Origin: an archaeon
GTDB taxonomy: Archaea; Nanobdellota; Nanobdellia; Woesearchaeales; UBA9642
Reading direction: 5' to 3'
NCBI GenBank assembly: GCA_020057295.1
Contig: JAGVGF010000005.1
Span: 60,357-124,356 of the forward strand
Length of the DNA stretch: 64,000 bases
The position numbers and the translations under genes are program-made. Position 1 is the stretch's first letter. The number at the start of each line of letters is the position of its first letter. The notes under the pieces are model-generated. The model ran no database searches, was not told the origin of the DNA, and saw only the letters and a program-made list of their open reading frames with translations. Shown here in pieces: positions 1 to 8,740 of this stretch.

Positions 1-1
1 G

Positions 2-571
2 CTTTTAGTAAAAACTGTAACAGGAAAGGTCCTTCCTGAAAAATTTATTAAAAAGATTAAGAAACCGGAACAAAAGATTCCTGAAAAGAAACATGAAGAA
101 TACGTTGCAGATGAAATTGATATAAAATTACTTAAATTATTATCTAATAATGCTAACATAAATAATATTGCGCTTGCAAAAAAGTTAGAAATATCCAAAG
201 ATACTGTGACATACAGAATACGTAAATTAGTTAATTCTGGATATATAATAAATTTTAGGCCTGCAATAAATTATGATTCTATAGGATTATCAATCGAAAC
301 AGTTCTTTTAAAACTAAACACTCAAGATGGCATTGAAGAACTTGAAAAATATATGCGCGGTAATGATAATATTTTGTGGGCTGCAAGAACATTCGGCTCA
401 TATGATTATATAATATATATTTTAAGTGAAGATATTTCAGAATTTCACAAAACATTTAATCTATTTAAGGATAAGTTCGGGAATATGATACGAGATTATG
501 AGTTATTATTTGCATACTCTCAAGAAAAATATTCATTCATGGCCGAGTGTATTGGCAAGGAAAAGGTATAA
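2..571 (+). CDS. Lrp/AsnC-family transcriptional regulator, 5'-truncated by the window edge (probably tandem-domain type)
   Basis: Frame is open from base 2. Reads DEIDIKLLKLLSNNANINNIALAKKLEISKDTVTYRIRKLVNSGYI (Lrp HTH), then a RAM-like domain (TFGSYDYII). Confidence 0.85.
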   Translation, partial: LLVKTVTGKVLPEKFIKKIKKPEQKIPEKKHEEYVADEIDIKLLKLLSNNANINNIALAKKLEISKDTVTYRIRKLVNSGYIINFRPAINYDSIGLSIETVLLKLNTQDGIEELEKYMRGNDNILWAARTFGSYDYIIYILSEDISEFHKTFNLFKDKFGNMIRDYELLFAYSQEKYSFMAECIGKEKV

Positions 572-575
572 AAAA

Positions 576-1769
576 ATGGATGCAAAAAAATATGTTGGGG
601 AAAATGGGAGAATAAGCTGTGAATTCATATTTGATGAGTATAATGGTAATAATTATCAAAGTGATTTAAAGAATTGGATAGCATATCAGGAACGAAGGAC
701 CGAGGAAAATCCTGAAGATTTAAGTTACAAATTTTTAGATCTTAAACATTATCCTATTATCCCTTATCAAACTTTCAAAGATGAGGTTGTAAGATTATTC
801 GGGATGTGTCTTACACAGATGATTAAGAATGATTCTCAATTAGTTAAAGGAGATAAATTAAATATACAGATAAAATTGCTTAGTGTAAAAGCTTCTGAAG
901 ATTATTTTAATTATGATGAAGATTCTTCAAATCCTGAAGTTGCATGTTTTACGGGGCCAGGAGGATGGTTTTTACAACATTTAGTCTCACAATGGATATA
1001 TTTGAAACGAATAGATTATAGAAATGTAGAACGTTTCTTTACGGAAAGGATAAGATTACATTATGGATATCAAGAAAAAGAATACTCGTTTGCAAATAAA
1101 TACGAGAAAAACTTTAAAGGACTTCCTGGAATTGCGCATACTTACTGTCTTAAATATCTTTATGCTTCAGTATTTTATTTGAAAGAAGATGGTTTAAAAG
1201 ATTTTATAGTTAAGACAAGAGATTTTGGTGCTTTTGAGATAAGACCTAATGCTATAGAAGCATACAGTTCACATATTGCGCATCTTGCAGAATTAACATC
1301 TAAATATGCTAAGACATATTATGAATCTTATCTTGGTGAGGGGAATGTTACTGCAGAAAGTGAAACTTCAATAGGAAGAGTTATTTGTACGATTATTGCA
1401 ATGCATATTTCTAAGACTCAAGGAAGAAATTATACTGTTGTTGTGAAATCACAAGAATTCAAGAATACTGATATCACAAGCTTTGATGCACTTTTCGCTT
1501 CTCAATATGCTCAGAAGATAATTATTAAAGATTTTCATCCAAAAGTCATAACTGAAACTATAGACACACTAAAGAATATTGATCAACCCATAATCTTTCT
1601 TAAAGTGTATGAGGAAGCATGTAAGAGTCTTGGAGTAAGTAATAAGAATATAGCACTTACTGCTACACAATTCTATTCGCTTGTTCGAAAAGCTATTTCT
1701 ACTGCTGAAGTATATTATGCTAGTAAAATGACTGAAAAAGGTTTTGATGGTACAGTCATGAAAAGTTAA
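576..1769 (+). CDS. hypothetical protein (~397 aa)
   Basis: Long ORF. ATG at 576 lies just after the Lrp stop. No family recognised. Confidence 0.7.
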   Translation: MDAKKYVGENGRISCEFIFDEYNGNNYQSDLKNWIAYQERRTEENPEDLSYKFLDLKHYPIIPYQTFKDEVVRLFGMCLTQMIKNDSQLVKGDKLNIQIKLLSVKASEDYFNYDEDSSNPEVACFTGPGGWFLQHLVSQWIYLKRIDYRNVERFFTERIRLHYGYQEKEYSFANKYEKNFKGLPGIAHTYCLKYLYASVFYLKEDGLKDFIVKTRDFGAFEIRPNAIEAYSSHIAHLAELTSKYAKTYYESYLGEGNVTAESETSIGRVICTIIAMHISKTQGRNYTVVVKSQEFKNTDITSFDALFASQYAQKIIIKDFHPKVITETIDTLKNIDQPIIFLKVYEEACKSLGVSNKNIALTATQFYSLVRKAISTAEVYYASKMTEKGFDGTVMKS

Positions 1770-1883
1770 TGTTTCTGTACGTATTTATAATCATTCTATC
1801 ATAGAAAATTTGTGTTACTACGCAAAAATTTATAAATAGATGATTACATACTTAAGGTATTGATAGTTTGAGGGTGTATTCGT

Positions 1884-2705
1884 ATGAATATGAAAAAATT
1901 CAAGAAATTTTTTGTTAACATTTTTCACGGTTTAAAGGGTGCAGCGATATTTTTTATGCTTAGTGTTATGTTCTTCGCATTCCTAAAGATATTATATATT
2001 TTACTTGATAGAAACTTATTATTATCTAAATATACTATCGGATGGATAATGGCCGCGTTTGTCGTTGTAGGATTCATCTATGGCTTGATTGCGTATAGAA
2101 AGAAGAATCATCATTATAAAGTTTATACGTTAACTGCAAAGAATTTTGTGATTAATCTTTTGTTGACTATAGTATTCACAGGATATTTCTGGTATGTTCT
2201 ACGTAATAAGATAATTCCATCTAATACAATATACTTATTTTTTGTATTAGCATTTGTTCTATTTTACGCGTTCAGTGCTCTAATAAGCAATATTCATCAT
2301 CACGTCAGTAAGAAACAGCATAAGAGAATAAGAAAGAGCACAATACTTGCTGCTATTGTTTTTAATCCTATATTTGTATTAATATATTTATGGCTATTCA
2401 GCATGGTCGTATATAATGCAGTATATGTTCCATGTGGTGTGAGTGCTGTAGGTGTGGATAGAAATGTTTATGCTACTAGTACTAAGAATTTGGGCATTAT
2501 GCCTCAGGAAAGAATTATTTCTATTGATAATGTTCCTGTGAAATCTTTACAAGATGTTAAGGATTATATGAATTCTTTACAAGTTACTAAAGAGGTTACT
2601 GTAGAAACAATTAATCAAACATATCTTGTTAAAACATATCAAGTTGATGATAAGCGTTACATGGGATTGTTGTTACAGGAAGAAGTTTGTCCTAGAACAT
2701 ACTAA
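1884..2705 (+). CDS. multi-pass membrane protein with C-terminal PDZ-like domain
   Basis: About 5 hydrophobic helices, then LGIMPQERIISIDNVPVKSLQDV, a PDZ-like signature. Confidence 0.7.
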   Translation: MNMKKFKKFFVNIFHGLKGAAIFFMLSVMFFAFLKILYILLDRNLLLSKYTIGWIMAAFVVVGFIYGLIAYRKKNHHYKVYTLTAKNFVINLLLTIVFTGYFWYVLRNKIIPSNTIYLFFVLAFVLFYAFSALISNIHHHVSKKQHKRIRKSTILAAIVFNPIFVLIYLWLFSMVVYNAVYVPCGVSAVGVDRNVYATSTKNLGIMPQERIISIDNVPVKSLQDVKDYMNSLQVTKEVTVETINQTYLVKTYQVDDKRYMGLLLQEEVCPRTY

Positions 2706-2763
2706 TTTTTTATTCTATTTCTTATAACAAACTATTTAAAGGAGTTTGGAGTATTTTATTTCT

Positions 2764-3345
2764 ATGAGTGGTGAGTTTGGTAGTTATAATAAGTTTTCTA
2801 TGCCTCCAGAGCATGTGAAATTAATTGAGATTAAGATTAAGAGGATTGGACAATTATTTAATTCATTTGATCCTAGCCCGTTTCTTGAAAAAGATCTTGA
2901 TGATGATGCATTCGAGTATATTGTTAGTAGTGTTTCTGAACATGCTCATAAAATTAAGCAGAAAATACTTATACATTTGCCTAAGAATCAGCGTACTAAA
3001 ATGTCTGAAGTTGAAATAAGGAGAGCTATTCATAATTATTTTGAGTATAAGAAGATTCTTGCTGAACGTGAAATTAAATTAAAATTACGTGAAGGAGAAT
3101 TTAGCCTAATAATTGGTATAATCTTTTTAGTGGCTTGTTTATGGATTAGGAATTGGCTTTTAGGAATTCCTGATATTGCACAAACTGTATGGACACATAT
3201 TCTTATTGAAGGTTTACTTATTGGTGGATGGGTTGCAATGTGGAAGCCAATCTCTGATATATTGTATGAATGGTGGCCATTATACAAAGAAAAAAGTATT
3301 TTCCACAAGATTTCTGATATGGATATAGAATTTAGATATACTTAA
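2764..3345 (+). CDS. conserved hypothetical membrane protein
   Basis: QLFNSFDPSPFLEKDLDDDA motif and two C-terminal TM helices (GWVAMWKP). Start codon uncertain. Confidence 0.7.
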   Translation: MSGEFGSYNKFSMPPEHVKLIEIKIKRIGQLFNSFDPSPFLEKDLDDDAFEYIVSSVSEHAHKIKQKILIHLPKNQRTKMSEVEIRRAIHNYFEYKKILAEREIKLKLREGEFSLIIGIIFLVACLWIRNWLLGIPDIAQTVWTHILIEGLLIGGWVAMWKPISDILYEWWPLYKEKSIFHKISDMDIEFRYT

Positions 3346-3357
3346 ATTAATATATTC

Positions 3358-4146
3358 TTATACTAGTCCTTGTAAAGCATATCCTATAAGATATGCTGCT
3401 CCAGAAGCAATTCCGCCAACAACGAGCATTTCCAATCCTGATAAGAACCAGTTCTTTCCTGTAACATACGTTTTTAACGCTCCTAGCGCGAAAAGTGTTA
3501 ATGCTGTAAGAATTATTGCAACCAAAAGCATATTTAGAACTATTCCAAAAAATATTGCTAGAACAAACGCAAGCAAAGGAATAAATCCGAATAAAATAAA
3601 AGATCCAAATGTTACTAACGCGTTTTTTATTGGAGATTCCTCGTCTTGTAAGATTCCTAATTCTTCAACCATCATTAAATCTACAAATGCTTTCTTATTC
3701 TTCTCCATAATCGCAACAACTTTTTCTGATTCTTCTTTTGTATATCCTTTATCCATATAAAGTTCGACCATCTCTTTATGTTCTCCTTCAGGATAATTTT
3801 CTACTTCCCACTCTTCTCTCTTACGCTCTTTCTTATGATATTCCTGTTCAGATTTAGTGCTAAGATAATCACCCACAGCCATGGATATTCCATCACCTAT
3901 AAGGTTTGCAAATCCTAAAATAAGAACTACTCCAGAAGATAATGATGCTCCTGCAGCTCCAGCCACGACAGCAAATGTTGTAATTATACCATCTAGACCA
4001 CCGTAGATTGCACTTTTTATGTATGTTCCTGAAGTCATGTGTGGTTCAGGAGGTTCTAAAGATTTAGAAGAATGTATTTTGATAGTTTCTTTAATATCTT
4101 TATGTTCGAATGCTTCTCTCGCCTTTTCTAGATTTCTTGTAATCAT
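3358..4146 (-). CDS. VIT1/CCC1 family Fe/Mn transporter
   Basis: YGGLDGIITTFAVVAG, ANLIGDGISMAVGDYLS and the Glu-rich cytosolic segment. Confidence 0.93.
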   Translation of the reverse strand: MITRNLEKAREAFEHKDIKETIKIHSSKSLEPPEPHMTSGTYIKSAIYGGLDGIITTFAVVAGAAGASLSSGVVLILGFANLIGDGISMAVGDYLSTKSEQEYHKKERKREEWEVENYPEGEHKEMVELYMDKGYTKEESEKVVAIMEKNKKAFVDLMMVEELGILQDEESPIKNALVTFGSFILFGFIPLLAFVLAIFFGIVLNMLLVAIILTALTLFALGALKTYVTGKNWFLSGLEMLVVGGIASGAAYLIGYALQGLV

Positions 4147-4157
4147 TGTTTAAGCAA

Positions 4158-4721
4158 TTATATTTTTCCAACTAAATTTAGTCCCGGCTTTAATGTTTTG
4201 CTTCCTGGCTTCCAACTTGCTGGACAGACTTCTCCACCATTCTTTTCAACGAATTGTGCCGCTTCTATCTTTCTTATTAATTCTTCAACACTTCGCCCAA
4301 TACTGTTATCATGTAACTCGATTGTTTTTATGAATCCTTTTGGATCTATGATGAATGTTGCTCTTAATGATAATCCTTCTGATTCGATTAATGTTCCGTA
4401 CGCGTTACATATAGTGTGTGTTGGATCTGCTACCATCGGAAATGCTATTTTCTTTATTGTTTCTGAATTATCATGCCATGCTTTATGTACAAATGTTGTG
4501 TCTACACTTACACTTAGAACTTCTGTATTTAATTTCTTTAAAGTTTCGTAATGATCTGCGAGTTCTCCAAGTTCTGTCGGACATACAAATGTGAAATCTG
4601 CTGGATAAAAGAATAGTATAACCCATTTTCCTTTGTAATCTTTTAATGACACAGTATTTATTTGCTCATTTTGAAATGTTTCTGCCGTAAATTCCGGCGC
4701 TTTCTCATTTATCTTAACCAT
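4158..4721 (-). CDS. ahpC: 2-Cys peroxiredoxin (alkyl hydroperoxide reductase C)
   Basis: FYPADFTFVCPTE and GEVCPASW motifs. Confidence 0.95.
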   Translation of the reverse strand: MVKINEKAPEFTAETFQNEQINTVSLKDYKGKWVILFFYPADFTFVCPTELGELADHYETLKKLNTEVLSVSVDTTFVHKAWHDNSETIKKIAFPMVADPTHTICNAYGTLIESEGLSLRATFIIDPKGFIKTIELHDNSIGRSVEELIRKIEAAQFVEKNGGEVCPASWKPGSKTLKPGLNLVGKI

Positions 4722-4753
4722 TTTTTCACCCTATATTTTATTAATCTAACAAA

Positions 4754-5650
4754 TTACTTCTTTGTTGATAAATAATCATATACTCCGAGTGATGCTGTGC
4801 ATCCTTGGCCTGCTGATATTGCTAATTGTTTGTATGGATTATTTACTACATCTCCTGCTGCAAACAATCCTTCTGTGCTTGTCATTCCTTTATTGTCTAC
4901 TGCTAAATATCCGAATGAGTCTAATTGTACTAATGCTTTTATTGGTTCTGTGATTGGAGTATAACCTACATTAATTATTATTCCTTGAACTTCAATTTCT
5001 CTATTATCTTCAAGAACTATTGATGTAACTAGTTTATCTCCCTTTATTTCCTTTACTCGAGCATTATTTATTATTTCTACTTTAGGATTTGATATTAATT
5101 TATCGGCAAGTATTGGATCTCCTTTTAATGAAGGATTTTTATTTATTAAATATACCTTGCTTGCTAAGTCTGCCATATATATTGCGCTTGTTAATCCGTT
5201 ATTTCCTGCTCCAACAACTGCTACAATCTTATTTTTGAATAATGGTCCATCACATGTTGAACAATATGTTACCCCTCGTGACTTGAATTCTTGTTCGCCT
5301 TTTGCTCCTAGTTCCCTATATTTTGATCCTGTCGCCCATAATACTGTTTTTGATTCGTATGTGTTTCCGTATGTTTTGATTATAAAGATATTATTTTCTT
5401 TCTTAACTTCTACTACTGCATCTTCTATTATTTCTACATTGAAACTTTTTAAGTGTTCTACATAATTATTTGCTAATTCTCTTCCATCAATACTTTTTAT
5501 TCCTGGCCAATTCTCTACATATGTAGTGTTTTGTATTTCTCCACCTAGTTCTGGACTGATTATTGCAAATTTCATTTCCTTTCTTGCGGCGTAGATTGCT
5601 GCAGTTATTCCTGCTAAACCCCCGCCAACAATTATTAAATCATATACCAT
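4754..5650 (-). CDS. trxB: thioredoxin reductase / AhpF-like FAD disulfide reductase
   Basis: GGGLAG FAD motif, GVTYCSTCDG redox centre, VVGAGNNG, GLFAAGD. Confidence 0.9.
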   Translation of the reverse strand: MVYDLIIVGGGLAGITAAIYAARKEMKFAIISPELGGEIQNTTYVENWPGIKSIDGRELANNYVEHLKSFNVEIIEDAVVEVKKENNIFIIKTYGNTYESKTVLWATGSKYRELGAKGEQEFKSRGVTYCSTCDGPLFKNKIVAVVGAGNNGLTSAIYMADLASKVYLINKNPSLKGDPILADKLISNPKVEIINNARVKEIKGDKLVTSIVLEDNREIEVQGIIINVGYTPITEPIKALVQLDSFGYLAVDNKGMTSTEGLFAAGDVVNNPYKQLAISAGQGCTASLGVYDYLSTKK

Positions 5651-5847
5651 ATCATCACCTTAATTGCGTAATATAAAAATGTTATCATGACGCTAGTGCT
5701 AGTTAATGCACATTCGTTTATATATCTACTGGAGAAGTGAATTTATGCTAAAATTTATGCACATCGCAAAAAAGTAGTCATAATTCATCATATTTAAAAA
5801 AGAAAGGGCATTACTGAGCTATAACAACAGTAGTAGAGGTAATTAAC

Positions 5848-6060
5848 ATGAAAGGAACAGTAAAATTTTATAACGAAGGAAAACATTTTGGATTTATAGC
5901 AGGAGAGGACGGTACAGAATATTTTGTACATGAGTCAGGACTTACTTCAGGAACAAGAATAACAGAGAATGATTCTGTAGAGTTTGATACTGAAAAAGGC
6001 GACAAAGGCATGAAAGCAGTACAAGTAAAGAAAGCAACTGCTGAAGTAACACAAATATAA
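5848..6060 (+). CDS. cspA: cold-shock protein
   Basis: KGTVKFYN..KHFGFI (RNP1) and EYFVHES (RNP2). RBS GAGGT upstream. Confidence 0.93.
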   Translation: MKGTVKFYNEGKHFGFIAGEDGTEYFVHESGLTSGTRITENDSVEFDTEKGDKGMKAVQVKKATAEVTQI

Positions 6061-6074
6061 ATTCTTTTTATTTT

Positions 6075-7001
6075 TTAATTAGTTATAGGCGGAGCTCTAT
6101 AGATTAATGATACTATTATCGAGATAGCTAATGCTGCAAAGACTACGCCTAATGAAATTGGTAAGGATATATGAATAAAGTCTTTGAATACCATTTTTGC
6201 TCCTATGAAGAATAGTATGAATGCTAGGCCGTAATTTAAGTATCTGAATAATTCATGCACTTTTGCAATTACGAAATATAACGATCTTAATCCTAATATT
6301 GCGAAGATATTTGATGTGAATACTATGAACGGGTCTGTTGTTATGCCGAAGATTGCAGGGATTGAATCTAGTGCAAATACTAAGTCTGTAAATTCTATTA
6401 CTAATAATGTAACGAACATTATTGTTACTCCTGATTTTACGAATAATTTGCCATTTTCATGATTTCTTGATACAGGGATTATTTTATGGATTGTTCTTAC
6501 AATCCAACTCTTGTGTGGATCATAATCATCATCTACTTTAAAGAGCATCTTTATTGCTGAATATATCAAAAACGCGCCAAATATGTAGAATAACCAATCA
6601 AATTTAGTTATTAACACACTTCCTGCACCAATTAATATTCCTCTTAATACTAACGCTCCTACAATACCCCAGAATAAGATTTTATGCTGATACTTTCCTT
6701 CTATTTTAAAAGATGCGAATATTAAGAATATTACGAAAATATTATCTATACTTAATGATTTTTCTAATAAATAGCCTCCTAAGAATTGTAAGCCTACTTC
6801 TGAACCAAACTCTAACCATACGAACAAGTTAAATATTAAAGAAACTGTAATCCATATAGTTGTCCACATTAAAGCTTCCTTAATTGATGGTGTGTGTTTC
6901 TTTTTATTGAAAATTCCTAAGTCTAAGAATAAGAATATTGCAATTAGTATTAGAAATCCTATCCACATGAATATTGGAGGAATGCCTGGAATATTTACCA
7001 T
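6075..7001 (-). CDS. TerC/Alx family membrane protein
   Basis: YLLEKSLSIDNIFV, DLVFALDSIPAIF and SNIFAILGLRSLYF motifs. Confidence 0.93.
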   Translation of the reverse strand: MVNIPGIPPIFMWIGFLILIAIFLFLDLGIFNKKKHTPSIKEALMWTTIWITVSLIFNLFVWLEFGSEVGLQFLGGYLLEKSLSIDNIFVIFLIFASFKIEGKYQHKILFWGIVGALVLRGILIGAGSVLITKFDWLFYIFGAFLIYSAIKMLFKVDDDYDPHKSWIVRTIHKIIPVSRNHENGKLFVKSGVTIMFVTLLVIEFTDLVFALDSIPAIFGITTDPFIVFTSNIFAILGLRSLYFVIAKVHELFRYLNYGLAFILFFIGAKMVFKDFIHISLPISLGVVFAALAISIIVSLIYRAPPITN

Positions 7002-7043
7002 AAGTTTAGAATAGGAAATTGTGTTATAAAGGTTATTGTTGTA

Positions 7044-7076
7044 CGGAAGGTTTACGCATACTTCGGAAAATTTACG
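7044..7076 (+). promoter_or_regulatory. tandem quasi-palindromic site (2 x CGtAAAnTTTACG-like, 20-bp period), copy 1
   Basis: CGGAAGGTTTACG-catactt-CGGAAAATTTACG upstream of a TA operon. Related copies at 8502 and 15764. Confidence 0.5.
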
Positions 7077-7162
7077 AAAATTCTTAAGAAATACTTATTA
7101 ATAATACTTAATTCTCTTTAATATAATAAAATTTATAATCTATAGCGTACTATATAGTTACT

Positions 7163-7396
7163 ATGGTAACAACAATACAAGTTAGTGATGATTTACTCAA
7201 AGAATTAAAGTCTATGAAACGTCATGACAAGGAAAGTTATGAGGATATCATTTGGGACTTAATCGAGGATAGGATGGAACTATCAGAAGAAACTAAAAAG
7301 AACATCAAAGAATCTGAGAAGCAGATTGCTGAAGGAAAAACAGTATCTCTTGAAGAAGTTAAGAGAAAAATCATGAGCAGGAAATGTACAAAATAG
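7163..7396 (+). CDS. antitoxin (RHH-type, RelB-like)
   Basis: MVTTIQVS...ESYEDIIWDLIE RHH-like N-terminus and a QIAEGKTVSLEEV tail. Overlaps the downstream RelE. Confidence 0.8.
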   Translation: MVTTIQVSDDLLKELKSMKRHDKESYEDIIWDLIEDRMELSEETKKNIKESEKQIAEGKTVSLEEVKRKIMSRKCTK

Positions 7397-7632
7397 AATT
7401 CTCAGAAAAGGCAGAAAAGCAATTGCAAAAACTCGAGGATGATACTGCTATAAGAATAGTGTCGTCTCTTGAAAGAACAACCGTCAGACCGTATTATTTT
7501 GTAAAAAGATTGGAAGGAACAAAATATTATAGATTCAGAGTAGGAGATTACAGAATAATTCTAGACATACAAAATGACAGATTAATTATTATAGTAATAG
7601 AATTAGGACACAGAAAGAACATCTATAAGTAA
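7384..7632 (+). CDS. relE: RelE/ParE family toxin
   Basis: YKIEFSEKAEKQLQKL...YRFRVGDYRII...GHRKNIYK. Confidence 0.92.
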   Translation: MYKIEFSEKAEKQLQKLEDDTAIRIVSSLERTTVRPYYFVKRLEGTKYYRFRVGDYRIILDIQNDRLIIIVIELGHRKNIYK

Positions 7633-7663
7633 ACTTTATAATTTCCTACAGATATGTTTTTTT

Positions 7664-8506
7664 ATGGGCTGGCTTAATAACATGTTTAGTTCTGATGAAA
7701 AACATGCTTCAGATATTGATGTTGATGAAGGATTAGTTCTAAATGGTTTGCAAGTGTATAAGGATACATTTCCTGAGAAGAAAAGACTCATTAATAATTT
7801 ACCTTACTTATTTGGTGAGAAGAATAATGTTATACTTAAATTAAGAAAGATAATTGAGAGTGAATTAATAGATTTAAAGCTAGATAAGGAAAAAGAGGTT
7901 ATTAATAATATTCATGCTCTTGAACATTCTGAAAAGATTAAGCGAGTTCAAAAATTAGAAACATGTTTAGGGAATGCTTCAACTAAGTATGAGCACGTTT
8001 ACGAATTAACAAGATACTTGTATAGTACACTTGTTTCTGAGATTGAATTACTTGATTCTAATTGCGATGTACGTAAGTTTAGGAAAATTACTTCATTATT
8101 ACAAAAAAATATATTAGTTGAAGAATCTATTTTAAATCAGATACAAGAGATTAGGACGTTTCATACACTATTTTTAGAACTACTTACTGGAGAACATGCT
8201 ATTCATAAGATGGATGCTGCTGAGAAAAGACTGATTAAGTTGTTTTCTAAGGAAATGCCTATTGACGGAATTACAGATAAATGGGTTATGGCTGTTTTTA
8301 ACGGAATGGAAGATAAGATACATGAGATGGTTGCTCAGGGTGTAATAGATAATCATCCTACAATGGATTTCGAATTTGTTAATCGAGCTGAATTTGTTTC
8401 CTTTGCTCGCGAGAAAATATTCCAATTGAAAGGCCGATCCGTTCCTGAAAGCTTTATTACTGCATTCGTCCATTCTTTCCGCGAGAAATATAATAGAGAG
8501 ATGTAA
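7664..8506 (+). CDS. hypothetical protein (helical)
   Basis: 280-aa ORF. No family recognised. Confidence 0.7.
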   Translation: MGWLNNMFSSDEKHASDIDVDEGLVLNGLQVYKDTFPEKKRLINNLPYLFGEKNNVILKLRKIIESELIDLKLDKEKEVINNIHALEHSEKIKRVQKLETCLGNASTKYEHVYELTRYLYSTLVSEIELLDSNCDVRKFRKITSLLQKNILVEESILNQIQEIRTFHTLFLELLTGEHAIHKMDAAEKRLIKLFSKEMPIDGITDKWVMAVFNGMEDKIHEMVAQGVIDNHPTMDFEFVNRAEFVSFAREKIFQLKGRSVPESFITAFVHSFREKYNREM

Positions 8507-8534
8507 GATTTACGGATTTCTCGAAAGATTTACG
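8502..8534 (+). promoter_or_regulatory. tandem quasi-palindromic site, copy 2
   Basis: TGTAAGATTTACG-gatttct-CGAAAGATTTACG. 8509-8538 matches 7051-7080 at 24 of 30 positions. Confidence 0.5.
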
Positions 8535-8581
8535 AAAAAAGATAAGAAGAAGATATATAGAATTCTTTTGTTATTATTAGA

Positions 8582-8740
8582 ATGACTAAGTTGCCAAAGT
8601 TCAAAGTATATACTGTTGATTTTAAATTACGACAATTTAGAATTGTCGACCTAAAAAATTCAAAAATAAAATTTATTGACTTTGATTCTAAAGAAGGAAA
8701 AACAATATTAAATGAGTTTAGAACTCAATACGAGAAGTGA
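8582..8740 (+). CDS. small hypothetical protein (52 aa), absent from the ORF track
   Basis: MTKLPKFKVYTVDFKLRQFRIVDLKNSKIKFIDFDSKEGKTILNEFRTQYEK*. TATA-like GATATATA starts 30 bp upstream. Confidence 0.65.
   Translation: MTKLPKFKVYTVDFKLRQFRIVDLKNSKIKFIDFDSKEGKTILNEFRTQYEK

Noticed and set aside
576-1769. Possible gluzincin-like peptidase (LKEDGLKDF resembles an ExxA/EG third-ligand motif)
   Set aside because: No HExxH is present, so the evidence is too weak to call.
7044-8538. Repeats as a degenerate CRISPR array
   Set aside because: The copies are kilobases apart, with no regular spacers and no cas genes.
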